A stretch of 49,536 nucleotides of DNA, the filler included, from Jimgerdemannia flammicorona (lineage: Eukaryota), in NCBI GenBank assembly GCA_003990765.1. It is 2 parts of 2 records of this genome, joined end to end, with 100 filler letters (N's around TTAATTAATTAA, not from the genome) between each part and the next. Parts side by side here need not be neighbours in the genome. Positions count along the whole stretch, not along the records: positions 24,823 to 49,536 come from RBNJ01000937.1; 1 more part is not named here. One strand, given 5' to 3'. The position numbers and the translations under genes were made by a program. Positions 36,501 to 49,536 of this stretch are shown here, one piece after another (position 1 is the first letter of the stretch; each line of letters opens with the position of its first letter). The notes beneath the pieces were generated by a model. The model was not told the origin of the DNA and did not search any database. It saw nothing but the letters and a program-made list of their open reading frames with translations.

Positions 36501-39365
36501 CAAGAACATTCTTGGGCGCGGGGGCGCAGTTTCGCCCAGAGTTTGATACAAATGCCGTATTGGGGGCGTTGGTAAGCCCTGGTGTGGGTGAGTTGCCATT
36601 TTGATTTATTGATGCTGAAGATGCATACAAGTGATATGAGGAAGGACTCTAGTTATCAGCCCCAATTCCCGTCCTTGAACCAACTGTGTTGTGCTTGGCA
36701 GATGCATCTTCATCGAAGTTCAGACATAAGGCTACTAGCACACCTCTTCCCAGCAGTATCAGGACACCCTTCAACCAAAAACAGATGTCAGGTGTGGTTT
36801 GTTTGTTATTCTATGCTTCAATTTATGTTTCACCCCCGAGTATTCGCTAAAACTCTTGAACCCATCTATTTATATTTCAATCGCAACTAGCTCCCATCAC
36901 AGTCGAGTCTCCTTTGGACGTCTCGTTTGCGCGAAACTTGAGTGCGGCTGCGGGGCGGATTGCGGGCAGCGCTAATAGGTCACGTTTGACACTCGTGTCT
37001 CCTGGGAATGGGGAACCAGAAGGCGATGAAAACGAGGTGGGTTAAAAACTTGGTTGCTGTATCTTCTGAGTTGCTTGTTGTTTCTCGAGCCTTTATGCTC
37101 ACGCGCTCTTGTTGCCGCCGGACGGCCATTCGTATTCATGGCCAACAGGAGCCTGACTTAACAGTAAATGTATCATCAACGATTTTGCGCGGTGTGATGG
37201 TTTATGTGAGCCAACACTTGTCGGTAAGAATCACTTGACATTTCGTTTGAAAACGAGAATCCGTGTAATCCGAAAACTCAAGCTCCGTTTATCTGCTACG
37301 ATATCATCGTACGTTGTGCACGGAAATCATGGACATTCTTTCAGCCTCGGCGCAACGAACTGTTGGAAATGGCGGCGTTGTTAGGTGCCCGTTTTGTGTG
37401 GACATTTGATGACTCGGTGACACATTTTGTGCATCATATCCTTTATTTGATAGCATGTCGAGAATTGTGAGAGATTGAGGAAAATGTGATGATATCATAA
37501 GGCTTTGGGAAAACAGTACTAGCTGTGAGACAATTTCAGCGTCGGGCAATTTTTGTTATCCTCAACCAAGCATTTCGCAACCTGTACAGAGTACCCGAGC
37601 CAACGAAACGTTCAAGGACTTCAAGATTGCGAGACTGCGGGGCAAGCACATTGTTTCACCTCTTTGGTTGCAACAAGTGGGTACAGACAACTTGTTTATA
37701 GTGTCATATCTAACAATTCCTTTGTCCGATGTTTTTACATTTTGGATCGCTTGGCGCATTAGATACCGAACTGATTGTATGTTTCTATTTTCCTGTCTTT
37801 GCTTTTGCACCTCAGTGCAAGCGTGCCAATTGCCGGCTCGAAGAAAGATACTTTCCGCACACCCTACAACCGGGCAAGTTGCTCTCTTTGTCGCTGCCGC
37901 GATCACCTACGGTCATAGCCCATCACACATCCGTCATGAATAAGGAGAACCTGCACCCAAACTCGACCGTGTCGGATGCTGAAGTTACAGCGGCTGCTCC
38001 CGTGAACAAGAATCTCGGCGACGGTACGGCCACACGCTCCCCAAGCAAGTGTGATGTCACTCCTCCATGTTCGCCTTCGACACCGCAGGAGGAACCGCTA
38101 CAACAGGACGAACCGCTACAACAGGAGGAACCACTACAACAGGAGGAACCACTACAGCAGGAGGAGTCGCTACAGCAGGAAGGACTGCTACAACTACAGC
38201 AGGAGGAGCCACTACAGCAGGGGGGTCCGCTGCAGCAGGAGGAGCCGCTGGAGAGACGATTCAAAGTGGACTACACCGCGGCGGTGACGGAGTTAATTGA
38301 GAAGACAAGTCTTGGCATGGTGAGCAAGAATGCGATGATTTATCAATTTTTTATTATGTAAAAGTTGGATGTCAAGTTTGGACGTATGTCTGATAGTGAT
38401 TGGTTGGAAACGTATCGTTTAGCCGCGGCGGCGTGGGCGTGGTACTATTGCTATCCGACGCTCGGTAAGTCCAAGGAATTGCTTGCACGGTCATTACATA
38501 TTGCGTAACGAAGTATGAGAGAATATTTATTTACACTACACTACACTATACACAGCTGAACAATCAAGTAACCGGAAACGATTTGGCAACGAGGGAAGGC
38601 AATGAGGATAATGTAAGCGTTCGATTCGTATATAATAGCAAATTTTGTTTACTTGTTGACAATGATCCAGGAGGTTCATCATCACGCTTGTGGGCAAATG
38701 CATTGCGATATAGCTCAGTTGATCTGATTGCAAGCACATTATACCTTCAGCTTCATCCTGAAAAACCCAATGCACCCCGACCAATGGATTTTGACCAACT
38801 CCCACAACACTCGCAACCGGACGTTGGTGTGGTTTACGACGACCCTGAGGCGCGGTGCGAAAAACGCAAGCTTCTTGACCGACTACAGCGCAACAAAAAA
38901 AGGCGAATCGCGTCTGAAGGCGAGGACGAACAAGACGCATTGGAAGGCAATGGAGTCGCAGGCAACAATGCGGTTGAAGTAGAGATGGTCGACAACGTCA
39001 ACCTTATTCGCTCTGATAGCACCGTGACTATGACTACCCTAGGCAGGTCGGCATCCACGATGTCGACGTGGTCGAACTTGCCTGCTGGACAAGTACCTCC
39101 AGAACAACCGATGCAGAAGGAATCGAATCTTGGGGCGGCGTTGAAAGTGAATAGAATTTTGTCGGACCTTGAGATAACGACGGACAATACGTCGGCAGGC
39201 AATATCATGATCAAGGGGCGCAAACCTCTGAAATTGGGCGGTGGTGGGAAGAATGCGGCTGTAAGGGAATGCGCCCCACCGCTTGCTCGGAGCAAGGGAC
39301 GTCGCGAAAATAGCAAGCCTGTGCCATCCAGTGTGATGGAGCTGGCTGGATCACCCACGTATTGA
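32817..39365 (+). CDS. DPB11: Multi-BRCT replication/checkpoint scaffold, TOPBP1/Dpb11/Rad4(Cut5) homolog; more than 20 GT-AG introns
   Basis: Spliced translation shows six BRCT-like repeats (ICCSGF..MGGDWHPNLTRDVTHLIA..SEKYK; LGGNYHADLSKATTHLIA..GKKYEFAVKW; YLDGCTIFL; LFANLNF; IGISGFEGLER..LGAEFSERFNRRHTHLIC; ILRGVMVYVS..HIVSPLWL) and the motif VVYDDPEAR. Internal exon boundaries were not all resolved; the stop at 39365 is likely. Confidence 0.88.
38086..38250 (+). repeat. Coding 18-bp minisatellite, about 9 x QEEPLQ
   Basis: CAGGAGGAACCRCTACAR units in frame within the TOPBP1-homolog exon. Confidence 0.92.
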
Positions 39366-39712
39366 ATGTTGGTCACGGTTTTATGATCATAGATTCTTCG
39401 GTGAGCGATTGTGGTGGTATTCTGTAGTATTTTTCATTGCTCCTCGATTTACTCCCCTTCCTCCTTTCTTCCTGCCTTTTTACCCCTTTTCTATTTGTTT
39501 GTTTTTCCAATGTATAGTATCTTGCAACTTTGTACAGTGGTATGCATCGACAATAAAAGCGCATCTTTGTTCGCTTTACTAGTTACTTTTTGTGGCATGA
39601 AACAGATCTCGGTGTCGTCATCTTTTGGCATTCAATTGGTCAGTTGTCCTTGCTTTTTGCCCGAAAGGGAATCCAAGCGAGCATTTTTTTATCGCTCGAC
39701 GCGTCTCGTTCC

Positions 39713-44164
<4,452 letters not shown>

Positions 44165-45133
44165 GATTAGTACGATTCCCTGTACTTGAACCTTATGATG
44201 GACTAGAAGTGCTCCAAAATACAACGAGCTCCAGAAGTGGGTCATCACGTAAAAACCTTTGAAATTCTGAGAATCGTATCTGCTGTCTTTGGCATCCCGG
44301 AATAAACGGGCACAAATGGTTTTGATCGTATTTGTCTTTGTCAGCATTCCAAACAATTCTACCCCCAAAGTTCAATTAGATGTTTGTCGTTCAAAAAAAG
44401 ATTCATTGTATTGTCGTTCAAAAATTGTTTTTTTTTTTTTTTTTGTTCTGTTTCTTTGTTTCGTTCAAACATTGTCGTTCTCTTCTTGAGATTTGTCACA
44501 CAATGCATAAATCGCGAGTCGTTCGGAAAGGAAAGGAAGGAAAGGAAGTCGTGCGATCGCAAGCAATCGACGTTCATAGAGCTTATGACATAAAGTAGCG
44601 GAAAGTAGGCGGAGTGAAAAAGTACGAAAAACCAAATACGATCCGCGCGAAGTGAACAAGAAGCGGGTGTCCGAAGTCTATGGAGTAGTATTATATACAA
44701 ACTGCTGGGGTATTAATATTAGGACTCTATGATATGTAAAAACCGCTTTTGTTCGCCGAGCACGAGAAAGTAGAATGGAGATGAAGGTGAGAGAGGAGGA
44801 AAGTTTGCGCATATAGGTGGTTTCTTCTCTTTGTTGCGGTAGTGTGGTGCAACGCAGACGCATAAAGTCGGAGGGTGATGTTTTTGTGTTGATATGGTGC
44901 AGTCTGCACGGGATGTCGTGTGGTGCGCGTGAAATAGTTGCTAGGGGGATTATGTACTCGAGAGAACTTCGGGAGTATTGTTTGGCATTACAAGAGGGTA
45001 TGTATAAAGGTATCGTCGTAGAAATCGAACGAGGCGCGTGGGAACCCGCTCTCGGGAAACTATATGTACAAGTCTATGAGTATTGTTTTGAGGAAGGGTT
45101 GTGTTCTCCGAAATGTAGGGTGCACCAATTCAT

Positions 45134-46170
45134 TTAGAAGGCCGTGTTGCCGAAGGTGGGCGTGATGCAGCCGGTTTTGAGACAGTCGAAGCGCGGTACC
45201 GAGTTGGAGCGCCTCTTGCGAGCGCGCTCGGTCTCCCACTTTTCGCCCTTGGGAGGCGTCTGGAGGAACAGGGGCGTGGGGTTCGACTCCATGGTGAACA
45301 TGATGCTCGAGATCGGGAGCGGGGGCAGATTCACGTTGCGACGGGTGGCGATGTTATCGAAGGTGGGGGAGGTCGGGGCGGAGGAGATGGCCGACATGTG
45401 GGGGTCGGTGAAGGGCTGGCGCGAGATCGGGGGCATCGACGTAGTCCTCGTCATTTTGTCTTTGAGCTGCTGGCGCGCCTTCTCCTTGTATTGGGGCTCG
45501 GAGTCCGAGTCCATCACAGTGCTACCGGAGTAGGCGCTGGAGGCAGCGGACGACAACGAGTCATTGCTGCTGAGAGACGAATTCGACTTATGACTGCGCA
45601 GGGTGCGCTGCATTTCGGACGAAGTCTTCGAGAATGTGCTGTTCGTCGGGGACACGACGGAAGACTTATTGCGGGTCGATTCGAAACTGGGGCTAGAAAG
45701 ATCGAGGCGCTCCAGCCACTTGTCGAGCACGCTGCGGTCGCCGAGACGGCTCTGCAGGGCCTTTATCCACAGGTTCATCTCCTCCTGCGAGTCGGCAAAG
45801 AGCATGTAGGCCCTGTGCTCTTTGGGGGCGCGGGGTTTCAGGACGAATGCGAACGGCGACTTTTTGCATGTCTCGTGCGCAACTGTGGAGTAGTCATTAA
45901 GGTCGATCACGCCATGAGGAATGGGGTCTTCCTGGAAACGTAGAATTGTAATTCAAAGTTAGCCGCGTTGTCGTTGAAATTTTGCTACCAGCGCATTCGA
46001 AGAAATGTCGGTCGGTTTGCGATATTCACCTCAGTCTTATAGTATTTCAGCTCAGATCCCTTCAGGACAAACCACCGCTTGTGGAATGATTTCCTGAAAC
46101 CGCTCGTGGCCTCCTTCTGGAGCCACCCGGCTTGGGATGAGATGGAACGGCTATACGTGTATGCGACCAT
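45134..46170 (-). CDS. PH-domain protein (~312 aa) with Ser/Pro-rich tail; exons 46170-46030 and 45931-45134
   Basis: AGWLQK..FHKRWFVLKG..LKYYK / GVIDL..FAFVL..RAYMLFADSQEEMNLWIKAL; 98-nt GT..AG intron with GCTAAC branch site. Confidence 0.9.
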
Positions 46171-46288
46171 TCAGGATGTGTTGGTGTCGTTACTGTGTCG
46201 GAAAAAGACTGTAACGTACAAGGACGGTTGGATGTTTTGGTGCTGATGTGGAACTATACAACAAAAATTTGGAGGGGTGACGGCAAGG

Positions 46289-46296
46289 TTTATATA
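46289..46296 (-). promoter_or_regulatory. Probable TATA box (TATATAAA) of the PH-domain gene
   Basis: About 120 bp upstream of ATG 46170. Confidence 0.5.
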
Positions 46297-46890
46297 GAGT
46301 TGAGGCCTGGAAAGTCAGAACCAATCAAGTGGGTAACCTGCCTTATCGGGAGGCTCCGTGGTGCCACGGCGCCATGTGGCAATTGTGGAGTATTATTATT
46401 GACGCCGTTTTCGGCCTGGGCAACTTATTGGCGATTCGGGCTATGACGGTCGAGATCGTAGACATTTTGGGCCTCACCGCTGCAGGCGGAAAAGGAAGCT
46501 TGTGGCAAAGGGGGGGGGAGGGCGGAGCCTAAATCCCTGGTGTTCAGTTTAATTTCGCCTTGGAGACCATGGCACCGTCATCTCAAACATTTCAATATGG
46601 CTGGCTAGCGACCCCATAGGGTTAGCATCCACCTCCGCGAGAACGTGGCATTGGAAATTCCATGCCGATTTCGCCACGCTATCTCGATGGTGACGCTATC
46701 CGTATGGTGTATTTCAAACAACAGCCCTCTAGCGTATATCGATCGACACGCAACATCTGCGATAACTAAACTTGTGGTGTCAAGCGGAGACAGTCAGCTT
46801 ACCTACTTAAATTATCATGATAGCAATAATAATAACAATAATAAAACGAATTAAGAAAACAAAAAAGAAGGTATTGCTGACGATGACCCG

Positions 46891-46971
46891 TGATTTTTTT
46901 TTTTTTTGATTTTTTTTTTTGTTTTTTTTTTTTTTTTTTGATTTTTTTTTTTGATTTTATTTTTTTTTTTT
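46891..46971. repeat. Interrupted poly(T) array (G/GA-T10-19)n
   Basis: Direct inspection. Confidence 0.85.
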
Positions 46972-48999
46972 CCAATGGCGTCCTGGAGATCTAAATTTAC
47001 CGCGGAAAATTTGGCAGCGGTCCCGCAGCCCCGCTGGACCCACGCAAGTCGGCTCCTCGGTCTCCGCGCCGTCAAATAATACAGAGAAGGTCTCGTCAAT
47101 TTAACACACGTCCGGATATATCCATAAACGGAGGAATTCGATGATTGTGTGTGACATTCCTGACGTAAAACGTCACGGCTGATTTGTGCCAGTTCCATAT
47201 GCGGCAACCAACATCGTGTACATAATCCCAACAGAAACCCACCACAATCCACTCTTGGCATCAGATCGTGCAGGATTACCCAGTTGGAAAACTCGGGTCG
47301 CTAGCAAGGGTTGCTAGACTGGCTGACCGGAAAAGCGGTTTTCGGGCGCGCAGCAAAGAGCAATGAATGTCGGAGTGTTGCCGGATCTCACCACACAGCA
47401 CCCAGAAACCCCCTCCTTCCTCACCGAAAACGGTCGGCGGTTAACAATGTTGGAAGAGCAGCGAGATTGATAATTTCACTTTTGCGTGCAAAGATTGTAT
47501 TTAATTCTATTCGATGCAGGCGGTTCGTTCTCTATTTTGCACTTGATTCCACCTATTGCGAGGAGCAAAGCACATGTGGGCTGCCATCTCAACTTTCTGT
47601 CAAATTTCTGCTGGGGTCACGTTTGCCACGTTCCACCTAGAAGCCAGGATCGCATGTTCAACAAGACAAAGGGGTAAACAGAAACCGGTACCCATGGCTG
47701 TACGCCAAATAACTCTATTTTGACTCTGCATCAATAAAGCATGCTAGGGAAATCTTGTGGCCATTCATGCAGTGATAGAGACGAATGGAATATTGAGGCC
47801 CATTGACGCCCATTGTACATGATCTCTGTGCCCATTTCTGGCTTACGTGGAGTCGTTGGTTCGTTGCACGAGATCATGTGCCTATTGAAGGGCTTTTGGG
47901 GGGATGGGGGGAGGAGGGGGGGGAAAGGGGAGGCCTCAGTACCTCGGTCGGAGCGAGAGATGTTAGGCTGCCTCCGGTTTCCGGCTTGTGCTAAAAGCCC
48001 GACAATTATTTATAACCACCATTCGATGGTTCATGTTTGGTACGACATTGTGATCAGACGGACTCACTGATGGTAACCAAATGATTATCATTCGGAGAAG
48101 TCTTGAAGAGACGTAGAGCTTTTGACATATCTTGCCTGCCCAGACCTAGAACATTGCGATACGACGGACAAGACGAACCAAGCGGCCGGTAAAGTAGCCG
48201 ATGAATTCACGAAAGCAACAGGTGACGCCCTAACGTCATGTGTAACAGTCCTTCTATGATGTCAGAAATCGAACACAACCGGCCGGCCGAGACCTCATGC
48301 CGACGATCTCTCGGCCTGTCAAAGCCAACGAAGATGCCTAAGACTTTTTCGTCCATGACATCTTGCTATGGCATTCCGACGGGATTATCGTAGGGAGAAA
48401 ACGTGTGTTCAGGATAGGAATCTCACATCAAATGTGGAATTCACGCGTTACAACCAAGACTATCAACAGCTCCGTTGTTACGCATGACATACAGGTTTCA
48501 GGATTTTCATGCTGCCCACAGTACTATACTCCAGAATCGGCCTTCCATCGGCCCCGCCACCGATCACAGATTAAGCCTGACGACATTGAACCTTACAGTA
48601 CATAGATCGTATGATCAGAGGGACTTTTTTTTTTTTGTGCTCAGCATATGAAGGGTTTGTCACTTTAGGGTTGTGTCGTGTGTGGCGGGGTTGTCAGGAG
48701 GCGTAGTAGTACATTGTATCAGATCTATTGGGGAAATGTCGATGAACACTAAACTTAGGGGAGCCAGGAATGGAGGGAGAGTATAAAGGAAGCCTGGAAA
48801 CGCGCTACGCCGACTTGATTTTTTCCTTAAATATGGCATTGAAAGCAATAAAATAATAAGAACGGCGTACACATCAAACTTGAAACTGCATGAATTGGCA
48901 TGGCGTCATGTGGCCACATCATCGAACGTTAGAAACCACGTCCGCTCGGTTTTCGTGTACGTAGTAGTGACTACGCCGTACAGTGCACAAAAGCCCCAC

Positions 49000-49001
<2 letters not shown>

Positions 49002-49052
<51 letters not shown>
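49002..49052. repeat. Poly(T) tract
   Basis: Direct inspection. Confidence 0.9.
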
Positions 49053-49053
<1 letters not shown>

Positions 49054-49536
49054 ACCCTGCATAATTACATGCACAGCGTGTGATAGTTTATTTATGCTTT
49101 TTGAACACGCATGTGGCTCTATCCGTTCTATGGAAACGATTTCACCGCAATGACGGCGGCACACAGCTCTCTCGACCCAACAACCAAGGCGGACCCGTTT
49201 CCACTGTTCTGGTATCACAAATGCGCGCAGTAGGTACACAGCGCACCTACCACCATCCTCGTGATCCCCGCTTGCGCGCTACGAACCCGGTGGAAGCCTC
49301 CGGTAGAACTCTTTTCCTGCGGCCCCGCCGAATGTTCGCTCAGCCCCCCGCTTTCGGAGTGGAATCGTTGGTCGCTGCAAATTTCGCCAATTTGCGGGGT
49401 ACATGCTCCGGACATTGGTTCTGCTGCTTCGAGATTCGAGAAGATTGCTTTTTTTGATGGCTATGCGTCATTGCTGCAACAACGGAGGAAAAGCGTAAGG
49501 GGTATTGGGTCGCCATTTATGCGCAACTAAAAAAAA

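Noticed and set aside
45144..45943. Plus-strand ORFs of 129 and 181 aa
   Set aside because: Antisense to the well-supported PH-domain exon; no recognisable motifs.
46300..49536. Additional protein-coding or RNA gene in the right-hand 3 kb
   Set aside because: Only short ORFs without motifs; no tRNA, rRNA or snRNA hallmarks recognised by eye. It cannot be excluded without RNA-seq or Infernal.

Overview
Eukaryotic, intron-rich genomic DNA, most likely fungal. L1-clade LINEs, a six-BRCT TOPBP1 homolog and high intron density point to a non-ascomycete such as a Mucoromycota member, but this is inference. The window has two sharply separated compartments. (1) 1-32556 is a nested, mutationally decayed transposon block: three L1/Tx1-type LINEs, two copies of an intron-containing hAT DNA transposon, three different Ty3/Gypsy retrotransposons (one with a dUTPase, one a chromovirus), a solo LTR and an extremely AT-rich core. 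It also contains an artificial 100-bp scaffold linker at 24723-24822. (2) 32557-49536 is a CpG-rich gene region with a TOPBP1/Dpb11/Rad4(Cut5) homolog, mitochondrial leucyl-tRNA synthetase and a PH-domain gene. The most interesting signal is an unannotated accessory ORF family shared by all three otherwise distinct Gypsy elements. In two of them it lies inside the LTR, about 256-259 nt from the LTR start, behind Gcn4/AP-1 sites and a TATA box. The repeats also show C->T decay at both CpG and CpA (RIP-like).
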